Source of the DNA: an uncultured delta proteobacterium
GTDB lineage: Bacteria; Desulfobacterota; Binatia; Binatales; Binataceae
Direction: 5' to 3'
Length of the DNA: 64,000 nt
Assembly: GCA_963842085.1 (NCBI GenBank)
Contig: CAWJET010000001.1
Coordinates: forward strand, 2,976,001-3,040,000
In this document: positions 1-10,785 of the stretch, in pieces
Numbering within the stretch: the first letter of the stretch is position 1
Layout of the letters: each line of letters starts with the position of its first letter
Notes under the pieces: model-generated
The model's input: the letters and a program-made list of their open reading frames with translations, nothing else
Database searches by the model: none
Told to the model about the DNA's origin: nothing
Made by a program: the position numbers and the translations under genes

Positions 1-233
1 CCTCCGCCGCTCTCGATAAGGCTGCAATCGATGCAGTCGCCTAACGGTAATATGCGGGCGCAGGCGTTGTCAATCGACAAACCAATCGGTCAGCCGTATG
101 CCGAATTCGTTTGCTACTTGGCGCGCATTTTGTCCATGTTCGCCCCAACCTTTTGGGGGCCCTTTTGCGGGGAATCAAATCTCGCAGAGCCGGTGCTGCG
201 GATTTTGCGATAAAAGGGCAGAGGAGATCGACT

Positions 234-1551
234 ATGACCTCTCGATGGGCGGGGCTGGCCGTTTGCCTGCTAATCGCGATTGCAGGGTTCTCTCTCAGTA
301 CTGGATGCGACCCGTGCTCCTCTTGTTCGACTACTCGCAAGAAACCCACTGCTTCACCTACGCCGGCGCCCAACGCATGCTTGCCGTCGAGTTCCTTGGC
401 GATACTGGTCCAGGGGAAGAATGCAACTGCTTATCTTCCGCAGGGAAGCTGGGGCGGAGATGCGAACAGCGTTAACGTCGTACCGATTGAAACCAGCAGT
501 GGCCTTGGTACGGGTGGTGCGCCGACTTTAATTGCGACGCCGAACACTCCAAACTCTTGCTCCTCCAACTCCAATACCGGCGAGACGGTATGCGTCGCCA
601 ACAACACCGATGTTTACCTGATTAACGGCACGACGCTAACCAGCACGCTGACCAGCGGCGCGACCGCCGATCAGTTCTTTTCTGGCGGTAGCTGTATGAA
701 CTGTGGCGTAGTGGTGGACTCAACGACCAACAAGGCATTGATCACGATTGGACTCGACAGCGGTGGTCCTGGTGGATACCAATTTCTCGATTTGGGCGGC
801 TCGCCAACTTTTGAAACACCCATTCCCGCCGGAGTGGGGACTTCAGAAGACGTTTCGATCGACCCGGTCCGCCACCTGATATTGTCGCCAAACGAATCCT
901 TTCGAAAACGAAGGTCAATCGGATTACCAGATCGTTAATATCAGCACCTCGACGCCGGCACTGTTCAACAACGACCTGTCGGACTTGGGGCCCCAGTCGT
1001 GGGACTCGGCAGGCGAAGACTGCACCACCGGCATCGCGCCGGCTACGGATGAGGGCACCGGAGATCTGTTCATCGCCGATCTGACCCAGGCGGTCTTTAC
1101 GCCGGGATCGCCCGCAGGCACGTGGACCGACGCCGCCAGCCAGCTTCAGAACTTCCCCGAGTTTGAAGGGCTCGCGGCCGGCACCTGTGGTATTGCCGTC
1201 GCACCGGGCACGCATCTTGGCATAGTGACGGGTGAGTTTGGCGGCGATCTCGAGGGCGTGATCGAGCTGCCGGCCACTTCGGGAAGCGGAACGCCCGCAG
1301 TCGTCGACTATGTGGCGTTTAACGTACCCAGTCCCCCGACCGAGGAAGGTTGGTCGCAGGGTTTCGATCCTCACACGGTAACGGCTTACGTCAGCCCTAA
1401 CAGCAAAAAGGCATACGCGGTGTTGGAGAACGGCGACTTCAGTTATGTGGCAATCGTCGACCTGCAGGGGATGCTGAGCGCGCCACGAACGGGAGCGCAC
1501 ACGGCGACCAACCCGCTACCGCCCGGCCTGGTGACATTCGTCGCGGAGTAG
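234..1551 (+). pseudogene. Secreted/lipoprotein-like Cys/Thr-rich protein, split by a +1 frameshift at ~900-902 (real pseudogene or sequencing error)
   Basis: ATG 234 after GAGGAG; signal-like N-terminus ending LSTGC; removing one T from TTT at 900-902 joins SPNES to FENEGQSDYQIVN and on into ORF 985-1551. Confidence 0.7.
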
Positions 1552-1554
1552 CGG

Positions 1555-2562
1555 CTAGCGGCTACTGATGAGCAGTTCCGCGATCTGAACGCCGTTTAGC
1601 GCCGCGCCCTTGCGCAACTGGTCGCCCACGACCCAGAAGTTCAGCGCGTTGGGGCGGCTCAGGTCCTCGCGGACTCGCCCGACGAAGCAATCGTCCTGTC
1701 CCTCGACGAGGATCGGCATCGGGTAGCGGTTTTGCGCGGGATCGTCGAACAGCCGAAGTCCCGGGAAGTGCGCGAACGCCTCGCGCGCGTCGGAGGCCGC
1801 AATCTTCGTCTCGGTCTCGGCGTTGACCGAAATCGAATGCGCGGTGAAGACCGGCACGCGCACCGTAGTCGGCGAAATCGGCAACTCGGGCTGGTCGAGG
1901 ATCTTGCGGATCTCGTTGACCAGCTTGATTTCCTCGTCGGTATATCCGCCCTCGACAAATTTGCCTGCGGGAATCAGGTTGAACGCAATCTGATGCGGGA
2001 AAAATTTCGGCTTGATTGACTCGCCCTTCGCCCACGCCATCGTCTGCTCGCGCAACTCCGCGATACCGTTGACGCCTGCGCCCGAGACCGCCTGGAAACT
2101 CGTCGCAACCACGCGTTTCAAACGGCCGAGGTCATGGATCGGCTTGAGCGGCATCACGGTGACGATCGTCGTGCAGTTCGGACACGCGACGATTCCCTTG
2201 TGATTGCGCGCCGCGGCGCCGTTGATCTCGGGCACCACCAGCGGCACGTTGGGGTCCATGCGGAACGCGCTCGACTTGTCGACGACGATCGCGCCCGCCT
2301 TGACTGCAATCGGTGCGAACTCGCGCGACTGCTCCGAGCCGGCCGAGAACAGCGCGATATCGATTCCCTTGAACGAGTTGGCGTCGAGCTTTTGCACCGT
2401 TATCGGCTCGCCGGCGAAGGTCACGGTCTTGCCCGCCGATCGCTCCGACGCATACGCGCGCAGCTCGCGCACCGGGAACATCCGCTGCTCGAGAATTTTC
2501 AGCGTGGTCTGGCCGACGGCCCCCGTCGCACCCACCACCGCAATTCTCTGTCCACTAGCCAT
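1555..2562 (-). CDS. asd: Aspartate-semialdehyde dehydrogenase
   Basis: GATGAVG NAD-binding motif, CPNCTT catalytic Cys, SGAG, LRKGAALN. Confidence 0.97.
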   Translation of the reverse strand: MASGQRIAVVGATGAVGQTTLKILEQRMFPVRELRAYASERSAGKTVTFAGEPITVQKLDANSFKGIDIALFSAGSEQSREFAPIAVKAGAIVVDKSSAFRMDPNVPLVVPEINGAAARNHKGIVACPNCTTIVTVMPLKPIHDLGRLKRVVATSFQAVSGAGVNGIAELREQTMAWAKGESIKPKFFPHQIAFNLIPAGKFVEGGYTDEEIKLVNEIRKILDQPELPISPTTVRVPVFTAHSISVNAETETKIAASDAREAFAHFPGLRLFDDPAQNRYPMPILVEGQDDCFVGRVREDLSRPNALNFWVVGDQLRKGAALNGVQIAELLISSR

Positions 2563-2613
2563 CGCGCGATTCTATCGTGACGTAGCTATTCGAGTGAATA
2601 GCCGCCTCGGTTC

Positions 2614-3267
2614 TCAAACCTTTTGCATTAGCCAGTCGCTGACCAGATCGAATACTTCGTCGTCCGCTTCGGCCAGTCCGTGTCCGACGCCGGGTAAAAT
2701 CCTGAGCGTCTTGGGCTCGCCCGCGCGATCGTAAAGCGCCTGCGAACTCTCGTGCGAAAGAATCGTGTCCGCGCCGCCGTGAATCAGCAACAGCGGCTTG
2801 GGCGCCAGCTCGCCCGCCACGTGCGCGCCGGCGAGCTGGCTCGACAGCGCGATCACGGTGGTGACGATCGGGCTCAGAGTTCCCGCATTGATCGCGACTG
2901 CGCCGCCGAACGAATGCCCAATCAGCGCGACGCGCCGGTTGCCGATCCCGCCCAGGAACGTCAGCGCCGCCATCGCGTCGACCAGACATTCGCCGAAGTC
3001 GTTGGGCGCGCGATAGTCGAGCCGCGCCATCGTGAGTCCGCGCCGGGGCATCTCCAGTCCCAGCCGCGGATAGAGCATCGAGGGACCGTCGAACCCGCCC
3101 ATCGCGCCGCTGACGCAGAGCACAGCGCGTCCCTTTTCCGCCGCCGAATGCACGACCAGCGGGATCGCGCCGCGCGTCGTCGCGATCGTCACCTTGCGCG
3201 CGCCCGCGATCTCGTCGCCCGGCGCGACCCCGGTGATTCTCAGCGTCAGCTCTTCGTCCACCGTCAT
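2614..3267 (-). CDS. Alpha/beta hydrolase
   Basis: GHSFG nucleophile elbow, HGGAD, GH catalytic His. Confidence 0.9.
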   Translation of the reverse strand: MTVDEELTLRITGVAPGDEIAGARKVTIATTRGAIPLVVHSAAEKGRAVLCVSGAMGGFDGPSMLYPRLGLEMPRRGLTMARLDYRAPNDFGECLVDAMAALTFLGGIGNRRVALIGHSFGGAVAINAGTLSPIVTTVIALSSQLAGAHVAGELAPKPLLLIHGGADTILSHESSQALYDRAGEPKTLRILPGVGHGLAEADDEVFDLVSDWLMQKV

Positions 3268-3524
3268 CCGCCCGCGTTCGATTGGGCGTCGGCCGGCTCG
3301 CCGAGCATTCGCATTCCGTAGCGAATCATCGCCGCCAGCCGTTCGACCCGCGTCAGGAGTTCCGCCTGCTCATTGCGCGGCGCGTCGGCCAGCTCGGCGG
3401 CGACGGCGGCCAGGTTCTCGCGCATCAGTTGCACCGCGCGCTCGAGGTTTTCGCGCTCGGGTACGCGCGCGCGGGCTTTGCGCCGCGCCTCCTGGATTTC
3501 CGCAAAATCGATTATCTCGGCCAT
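3264..3524 (-). CDS. Small helical hypothetical protein
   Basis: MAEIIDFAEIQEARRK start; 4-nt overlap with downstream gene; typical codon usage. Confidence 0.7.
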   Translation of the reverse strand: MAEIIDFAEIQEARRKARARVPERENLERAVQLMRENLAAVAAELADAPRNEQAELLTRVERLAAMIRYGMRMLGEPADAQSNAGG

Positions 3525-3596
3525 CGGTGATTCACGCTTCGCGCGAGCCAACGCGATTATCGCTCATCATGCGGGTGCGTGGAAACAACGGGAAAT

Positions 3597-4373
3597 TTAC
3601 CTCACCTTCCTGCCCGCGCGACGCTTCTCCGCGAGCGTCTGATGCCCGCCCTCGGCGACCCATCGCATCTGCCGCGCCATCCCGTTGAGAATCTCGACCT
3701 CGCGCGCCGTCAATCCGCTCCTTCCGAAAATCTCGCGTAGCGCGAACATGATATGGTCCGGGTTGTCGTCGGGAATAAAGCCGATCGATACCAGCGCCTC
3801 CGCCATTCGCTCGAGCATCGGGTCGCTCACCGACGCTTCCACGAAATGCGGCGTGCGCGCGGCCTCGACCGCCGCCGCCGATTCGTTTGCGGCCATCATC
3901 AACTCGTACGCGACGACCATCACCGCCTGCGCCAGGTTGAGCGACGGATATTCGGGCGCGGTCGGGATCGTGACCAGCCGATGGCATAGCTTGAGCTCGC
4001 GATTAGTCAGCCCGCGATCTTCGCGGCCGAAGACGATCGCGATTTTGTTCGAACCGGCCAGCGCGTCGAGTTCCGCCGCCGCCGGGCGAAGCGCGGTCGC
4101 GCGACTGCGATAGCCGCCGCGGCGGCTGGTGGTGCCGACCGCGACCGAGCAATCAGCCAGCGCCGCCGGCAGGTCGGGATAGACCGTCGCGTGCGCCAGC
4201 ACGTCGTCGGCATGCACCGCCATCGCGACGGCCTCGCGGCTCTTCAGCGTGCCGGGTGCGACCAGGCGAAGATCGTCGAAGCCCATGTTCTTGAGCGCCC
4301 GCGCCGCCGCGCCGATATTGCCCGCCGACTGCGGCCGGAACAGCACGAACGCGAATTGGTCGCGCGATGGCAT
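3597..4373 (-). CDS. trmJ: TrmJ/TrmH-family SPOUT tRNA 2'-O-methyltransferase
   Basis: GNIGAAARALKNMG, VFGREDRGLTNREL, YPSLNLAQAV motifs. Confidence 0.92.
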   Translation of the reverse strand: MPSRDQFAFVLFRPQSAGNIGAAARALKNMGFDDLRLVAPGTLKSREAVAMAVHADDVLAHATVYPDLPAALADCSVAVGTTSRRGGYRSRATALRPAAAELDALAGSNKIAIVFGREDRGLTNRELKLCHRLVTIPTAPEYPSLNLAQAVMVVAYELMMAANESAAAVEAARTPHFVEASVSDPMLERMAEALVSIGFIPDDNPDHIMFALREIFGRSGLTAREVEILNGMARQMRWVAEGGHQTLAEKRRAGRKVR

Positions 4374-4409
4374 CTTCTTCTTATCCGGTTCCCGCTGTCG
4401 CAAGGGAAG
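4301..4409. repeat. 109-bp direct repeat, copy 1 (5' end of intact trmJ)
   Basis: Matches 8505-8613 with 2 mismatches. Confidence 0.97.
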
Positions 4410-4474
4410 AGCGGCGTCCGCATCCGCGGCGGTGCCGATCTTCTTAGTACTGGGTGCAGCGGTTGATCGAAGTT

Positions 4475-7400
4475 CTACTTCTTTTCCCGCGGTGCCTTGC
4501 CGGTACCGGACAACGCCACACTCTGCGGTGTCCCAACCACATTATCCAGGATCATGAGGTGTCCGGTCTGCTCCGTTGTGTCGGGAGGCGTGAACGTTAC
4601 CGCGACTTTGCAGCTCCTTCCCGGCAAAAGCGTCTGATCGCATTGCGATTTGACCGCATACACGCTTGGAGGCAACGCGTTCTCTGTTCCCACGGACACA
4701 GCTAGCCCCGTTTTCTTTTTGCCGGCGTTTTTTATCGTCACTGTTTTGGCCTTGCTGGTCGTTCCAACTACGACTTTGTTTCCAAAGGCCAGGCTGCGGG
4801 GCGAAATCTCTAACCTCTCTTCGACTAGAGGAAGCGCGATCACGAACGGCGACAGACTTGTGACGTTACCGCAGATTATGCCTTGTTGAGTGTCGTTGCT
4901 GGTCGTGACATTGACCCACCCACTCACCTCGAAGTGCAGCAGAGTGAGCTGGCTCGCATCGAATACCTGGCCTGGATTGTAGTTCAGGCATACGGTTATC
5001 GCCCCGCTGTACGACGCAGTTGTCATGATATCCGAGTACTGCGACACAGGATTATATCCCGAAGGAGGATTTGGATTGGTGTCGCTGGTCGTCGCCGAAG
5101 TGGTACCCGGTGATGAGACGTTAGAGAAGGTCAGGCTCGTCCCGCCGTTGGGTGCAACCGTCTGGTTGCTGCCGCTGGGGGTGCTCGTTTGGGAGATGTT
5201 GGCCGCGAAGCCGCTCAGCTGCGCCGTCGAGGTCTGCTGGTATGCTCCCATGGTGGTTGGGAAGTCGTGCGCATAGGTACCTCCGGCGAGGTAAATTGAG
5301 CCGCTACTGGACACGTTGAGCCCCAGGGCGAAGCCTGCTTCGCTGCCACCGAACAGACTCGAGAATAGGAGTTGCGATCCGTCGGAACTTATCTCCGAAA
5401 TCGTTGCGGTAGTGTCCATATACAGTGAAGCGAAAATACCGAGGGGTGAACCCGGGATCGATCGCGATTGAGGTAATAGGAGGATTGTCGTTGGCAAGGC
5501 CGCTATTCACAAATGTTTTGCCGCCATCTGAGCTTTTGTACACCCCTTGGGAAGTTCCAGTGTAAAGGGTTGCCGGCGTGGTCGTGCGGTCCAGGTCCAG
5601 CGCTTGCGCGTTGCCGAAGTACAGATTCAGGGGAAAGTTGAGCTGTTGATTAAAGCCGTCAGTACTGGAAATCACACCGTAATAAGCAACGCCTGCGTAT
5701 TCTGTGGAAGGATTGGTGCTGCTATCGACGATCACCTGGTATGCAGGCGAAAAATTCATGTTCGTCTGCACGAATGCGCCGCCGCTTGAACTGGCTAGAA
5801 CTCCCTGGTTGCTTCCAAGGTATAAGGTGTTGGTGTTTGGATCGTTGGCGATGGAATAGGCCTCTGCACCTGCCGGTAGTGCGATAGTCGTCGGGAAAGT
5901 GTTCCCGCCGTCCGTCGAAATTTGTACGTACCCGGGCTTTGAGTCCTCCCACACGTAGATTGGTCGTGGGCTGATTGTGTTGTCGATGCCGAGCAATGCT
6001 ACATTGTCGGTAATGTAAGTAGACGAGAGGCCTTGCCCTTGCGAGTACGCCTGATAGAGCCCAGTTGGCGATCCGAAAAAGACCGTCGCGGGCGAAGTAC
6101 TTGTGTCCAGGTACGCGTCATACATCGCTCCGGTAAGACTAGCCCGAGCGAAGGTAGAGCCGCCGTCAGTACTAACAAACATGCCTTCGCGGTACGTCCC
6201 GACATAGATTGTGTGAGGCGTCGTGGAGGAATCGACCAGAATGTCATGACTGCCCGCGGAGCCCACGTCTGTCGGGAAGTTCGAGTTCTGGAACGTGACG
6301 CCGCCGTCAGAGCTGTGCAGTACGACACGGCCGGTGGAGGTTCCGTTTGGACGGGATTAGCTGTCTGATAAGTATCCGGTGTGTTGGTCCATCCGGCCGC
6401 ATACACGTTATCCGACCCGTCCACGGCGACTACCTGCGATGGCTGACTGGCGAGATTTCCGAGATAGGTTGAGAACACGAAGCCACCGGTCGGGTTGAGC
6501 TTGGTAAGCCAGCCGCTCACATACAGTGGCGAACTTGTTTCCACGACCGTCCCGACGACAGGGAAATCGATTGAATACGTGTATCCAACCACGTAGGCGT
6601 TGCCTGAGTTGTCGATCGCGATACCTTGCCCCACATCAAAGCCGCTGCCGCCCAGGAAGGTTGAATACAGCATCTGCGATCCACTGCTGTTAAGCTTCAC
6701 CACCCAGCCATCACAGGTCCCGCCGAAAGTCGGCTGCGCAGCGCCCGCGGAGGTCGGGAGACTTGCGGGACCGGCGAAGGCGTTGGACCCGCCAGTGACG
6801 AACGCCTCGCCAGCCGAATCCACAGCAATGGCGGCAGCGCTGTCGCCGCCCTGGCCTCCGAGGTAGGTCGAATAAACCAAACCGGAGCCGGCAGGGTTCA
6901 CTTCGGTGACGTATGCATCGAAATAGTTGTTCGTAAGCGTGCTTGCGCATCCTGTTCCCGAACTCGTGTATCCCGCGTTTTTCGGCTGAACGGGGGTGCC
7001 GGCCGTCGGAAAATCGCAGGTCGGAGTCTGCCCGACGACGAACGCGTCGCAGTTCGAGACGCATCCCTGTGGCACGGCGACACCGAAGGCGCGATCCTGC
7101 TGCCCGGCAAAGGGCACTTGGCTGCCCCCCAGGTAGCTTGAGTAAATTAACGAAGTGCCGTCACTGCCTAGCTTTGCGACAAATCCTTCGACCGGTAGCC
7201 CGGGGTCGGACGGTAGGAAAGCCGTCGGAGTAGTCGGAAACTCGCCCGCGGTCTCCCCAACCACGTAAGCTGCTCCCGAACCGTCTACCGTAATCCCGTT
7301 GCCCTCATCGAAAAGACCGCCACCCAGGAACGTCGAGTACACAAGTTCGGTTCCGGACGGGTTCAGCTCGGTTACAAACGCGTCGCAATTGCCGGCGTAA

Positions 7401-8332
7401 CTGGACTGATAGACTCCAGCCGTGGTGGGAAAATCGCTTGAGCACGCGAGCCCCGTCAGATACTGGTCGCCCGCGTTATCGAGCGCGGACGCATTAACCA
7501 GATCGTAGCCGGTTCCGCTCAAGTACGTCGCATATGTGACGGTCGGGTCAATTATCAGCGGCCGCGATCGATCATAATTGGCGATCTGCACGCCCACCTC
7601 GTCGTCCGGCAGGCGCTTGAAGCCGCCGGCAATCGATCTTCGACTTGAGCCGGCTAGTTGGTAGATGATCGGCTTGTGCAGCACGATCCGTTCGCTGCTC
7701 ACGGAGGCAACAATGTCGCCGTCAGCGTTTAGATCGAGCGCACGGGCGCCTTCGAACCGCAACCGGATCCGACCTGGGTCGGCCCCCGGCGAAACGATCA
7801 AATCGTATTCGAGCGCTCCTTCTGAACCATAAAAAGCGAGGTCGATTCCGGGATAGAGCGATCGGTAACGTACCTTGCGGTAGGTCGGGATCCTGGTCCG
7901 CCAGTTCCGCGGGTCCGCGCCGATAAAGTAATTCGTTGTGCCCGTCAGGCGATCCTCGGCCTTGAGGGTGACGGTCCTAGAGGCTCCCTCGAAGACTATC
8001 CTGAGCGCGGATGACTTGAGTTGTTTCGTCAACTCAGAGTCTGGTTTCAAGCCTGGCACGCCCGGAATGGGCTGTTGCGTGTGAAGACCCGGAACTCTGG
8101 TGACAACGATCGTCGCGCCGGTCGAAGTGAGGAAGAGCGTCGAGTTGCGGTCGTGCGAGATGTAGCGCGCAACCGGGTTAGCCTGACCTCGGTTGGCCTC
8201 GAACCGGATCCGGAGCCGGGAATCATGAGTCGCTCGTTTGTCGAGGTCATTCGCGCGCCCCACGCCCGCGCAACTCAGGCCCACGATAACCAGAACGCAG
8301 AAGCCAACCACGCAGCTAAAGCGGCGCCTCAT
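4475..8332 (-). pseudogene. Large secreted SBBP-repeat/beta-propeller protein with C-terminal Ig-like (ASPM/choice-of-anchor D-like) domain, broken by two frameshifts (~6330, ~5450)
   Basis: Signal peptide after AGGGAGG; FEANRGQ, LIIDP, repeated LVYSTFLGGxxxD; STDGG BNR-like boxes; ORFs 5999-8443, 5304-6266 and 4475-5497 continue each other in shifted frames. Confidence 0.8.
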
Positions 8333-8466
8333 GACAGCCTCCCTTGGGGGGGCGCTCCGCTCCCTCGCCCCGAGCCTCTCAGCGCTCAGGGTTCGAAAAC
8401 CTTTTTGCCAACAGAAGAAACCGCAGTTGGCGGGCGCCCCCACGCGGAACCGTTAAGCGACACCGA

Positions 8467-8496
8467 ATTTTGCCAATTTCCGTTCAAAATTGTCAA
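8467..8496 (-). promoter_or_regulatory. Putative sigma70 promoter of the SBBP gene
   Basis: TTGACA-N18-CAAAAT with TG of an extended -10 on the minus strand. Confidence 0.5.
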
Positions 8497-8504
8497 GATT
8501 CAGA

Positions 8505-8613
8505 GCGCCGCCGCGCCGATATTGCCCGCCGACTGCGGCCGGAACAGCACGAATGCGAATTGGTCGCGCGATGGCATCTTCTTCTTATCCGGTTCCCGCT
8601 CTCGCAAGGGAAG
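8505..8613. repeat. 109-bp direct repeat, copy 2 (truncated trmJ 5' fragment, 25 codons then TGA at 8500-8502)
   Basis: Matches 4301-4409; encodes MPSRDQFAFVLFRPQSAGNIGAAAL*. Confidence 0.95.
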
Positions 8614-8633
8614 CGGTCGCTGAGTCTCGCCTC

Positions 8634-8721
8634 GTGTCATTCTGAGCGCAGCGAAGAATCCCGGATCCTCTTCTTCGCACCCGCAGTTTTCCGGGATTCT
8701 TCGCTGCGCTCAGAATGACAC
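8634..8721. repeat. REP-like palindrome, GTCATTCTGAGCGCAGCGAAGAATC family
   Basis: Perfect 32-bp inverted repeat 8634-8665 / 8690-8721; related arms near 32655-32691 and 34986-35014. Confidence 0.92.
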
Positions 8722-8752
8722 AAAAAAAGAGCAACCGGATGAAACCAAAAAA

Positions 8753-8848
8753 AGTTCGAACAGGGACGAAGTCCCGCATCCTCTCTTAATACTAAGGTGC
8801 AGGGGTTACCCCTGCCGAAGGAAGCGTGAAACCCACGGTGGGTTTCAC
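8753..8848. repeat. Three-hairpin dispersed repeat, copy 1
   Basis: GGGAC-GAA-GTCCC, GCAGGGG-TTA-CCCCTGC, GTGAAACCCAC-G-GTGGGTTTCAC; homologous to 32739-32834. Confidence 0.9.
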
Positions 8849-8871
8849 TAAGATTAAGTGGATTCACTCCT

Positions 8872-9537
8872 ATGAAGATCATCTCCTTCGGCGACGTTCA
8901 TATGGCGACCCGCAATCTCGGCCGGATGGGCGAGGTGATGCGCGATTGCGACCTGGTAATCGTGTCCGGCGATCTCACCAACTTCGGCGGCGTCGACGAC
9001 GCGCGCAAAGTCCTGACCGACGTCCGCCGCGCATGCCCCGCGGTCCTTGCGCTGCCCGGCAATCTCGACCGGCGCGAGGTGATCCCGTTTCTCGAAGAAG
9101 ACGGAATCGCGCTGCACGGCAAGGGCCTCGTCACCGGCGGCGTCGGGATCTTCGGATGCGGCGGCTCGAACATCACGCCGTTCGGCACGCCGATCGAACT
9201 CAGCGAAGACGAAATCTACGCGACCCTGCGCGCCGGCTACGATTTCGTGCGCGACGTGCGTCCGTTGCTGATGGTTTGTCACACGCCGCCGTTCGACACC
9301 AAATGCGATCGAATCCTCAGCGGCAAGCCGGTCGGCAGCACGGCCGCGCGCCGGTTCATCGAAGAGGTGAAGCCCGACGTCTGCATCTCGGGGCACATCC
9401 ACGAATCCGCCGGCGTCGATCGGATCGGTCCGACCCAGGTTTTCAATGCGGGCCCGTTCAAGGGCGGCGGCTATATCGTTGTCCGCACGATCGAGGGCGG
9501 CGATGGGCGGCTGGACGCGAGGCTCGAATTTCTTTGA
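8872..9537 (+). CDS. Calcineurin-like metallophosphoesterase
   Basis: DVH, GDLT, GNLD, HTPP, GHIHE motifs. Confidence 0.93.
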   Translation: MKIISFGDVHMATRNLGRMGEVMRDCDLVIVSGDLTNFGGVDDARKVLTDVRRACPAVLALPGNLDRREVIPFLEEDGIALHGKGLVTGGVGIFGCGGSNITPFGTPIELSEDEIYATLRAGYDFVRDVRPLLMVCHTPPFDTKCDRILSGKPVGSTAARRFIEEVKPDVCISGHIHESAGVDRIGPTQVFNAGPFKGGGYIVVRTIEGGDGRLDARLEFL

Positions 9538-9547
9538 CGTGCCGGCG

Positions 9548-9670
9548 ATGTCGCGCGCCGATCAATCGCTTCGCATGTACGCCGGGAAAATCGCCAACGG
9601 ATGGCCGCTGGTGCTCCGCAACTCGTTCCGGCTACTCTGGCGCTTCCGGCCCGGACGCTCCGCGAAATAG
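9548..9670 (+). CDS. Possible 40-aa small protein
   Basis: MSRADQSLRMYAGKIANGWPLVLRNSFRLLWRFRPGRSAK fills the gap between co-oriented genes. Confidence 0.35.
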   Translation: MSRADQSLRMYAGKIANGWPLVLRNSFRLLWRFRPGRSAK

Positions 9671-9706
9671 GGCGCACACTTTTGTCGAAGGGAGAATTGC
9701 TTGAGC

Positions 9707-10582
9707 ATGGCTGCGACTCACGATGTTCGCCTGAAGTTTGATCATGTTTCGATCGCGGTGAAGTCGATCGACCGCGCCTACGATTTTTTCTCGAAATATT
9801 TTCCGATCAAGTTGCGCAGCGCCAAATCGCTCGACGAGCAGGTCAGCGGGTCATTCTATTGGCAGGATTTCCATCTCGGCGGTTTCGTCGTCGAGCTGAT
9901 CGAGGACCCGCCGGGCAAGCCCGGCTTCGTGACGAAGTTCATCGAACGGCACGGCGAGGGGATGCATCACTTGTCGATCGAGACCGACGGTCTCGACGCG
10001 CTCGTCGCCAATCTGAAGGCCGGCGGCGTGCGCGTGGTCGACGAGCAGAAGTACGATTCGGGCTCCGCGACCGCGTTCATCTCGCCGCGCTCCGCCTTCG
10101 GCGCGCTGATCCAGTTCTGGCACACGCCGAATTGGGAGCAGGCGCATCCCCAGCCGGCGCCCGACGGTCTGGCGCACTTCGATCACGTCTCGCTCGCCGT
10201 CAAGGACATCGCCGCGGCGTACAGCTTCTTCACGCGCTATTTTCCCGGTACGAAAATTACCCACGAGATTCATACCAGCAATTCCGAGGGCAACTTCGCG
10301 CTCGGCCACATCGAGGTCGCCGGCTTCAAGCTGGAATTCATCCAGAGCCCGCCGCACAAGACCGACAACGACTTCGTCGGCAAGTTCATCGCGCGCTTCG
10401 GCGAGGGGCTGCATCATATTTCGATCGACCTCAAGGACTTCGACGAGACCCGCGAGAAGCTCAAGCGCGGCGGTGTCCGCGTGGTGGACGAGAAACGAAA
10501 CTGGCGCGGCGAGCGCCAATACTTCATCTCGCCGCAGTCGGCCTTCGGCGTGCTGATCCAGGTCTGGGACGGCTTGCAGTGA
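9707..10582 (+). CDS. Tandem two-domain VOC (methylmalonyl-CoA epimerase-like) protein
   Basis: Two repeats of DHVS.AVK...E...KFI.R.GEG.HH.SI...FISP.SAFG.LIQ. Confidence 0.9.
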   Translation: MAATHDVRLKFDHVSIAVKSIDRAYDFFSKYFPIKLRSAKSLDEQVSGSFYWQDFHLGGFVVELIEDPPGKPGFVTKFIERHGEGMHHLSIETDGLDALVANLKAGGVRVVDEQKYDSGSATAFISPRSAFGALIQFWHTPNWEQAHPQPAPDGLAHFDHVSLAVKDIAAAYSFFTRYFPGTKITHEIHTSNSEGNFALGHIEVAGFKLEFIQSPPHKTDNDFVGKFIARFGEGLHHISIDLKDFDETREKLKRGGVRVVDEKRNWRGERQYFISPQSAFGVLIQVWDGLQ

Positions 10583-10602
10583 TCGGTTAGGATTTCCCCG
10601 CG

Positions 10603-10767
10603 ATGCCCGCCAACGACAAACCCGCCGCGCCGGATTCCATGCCTCCCGCGAACCACGTCGAACCGCCCAAAATCTATCTCGCCGCGTGCGGCGCGCTGTG
10701 CGACATCTTCTGGTGGGCTCGCCGCAATCCTCCTGGCGATGAGCGCGACACGGCCGGTAAGCGTTGA
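10603..10767 (+). CDS. Possible 54-aa small protein
   Basis: MPANDKPAAPDSMPPANHVEPPKIYLAACGALCDIFWWARR...; fills the gap in a co-oriented run. Confidence 0.4.
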   Translation: MPANDKPAAPDSMPPANHVEPPKIYLAACGALCDIFWWARRNPPGDERDTAGKR

Positions 10768-10785
10768 AGAACGAAACTCCGTGAG

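Noticed and set aside
8585-8882. Short ORFs containing CHSERSEES / RDSSLRSE
   Set aside because: Translations of the palindromic repeat, not genes
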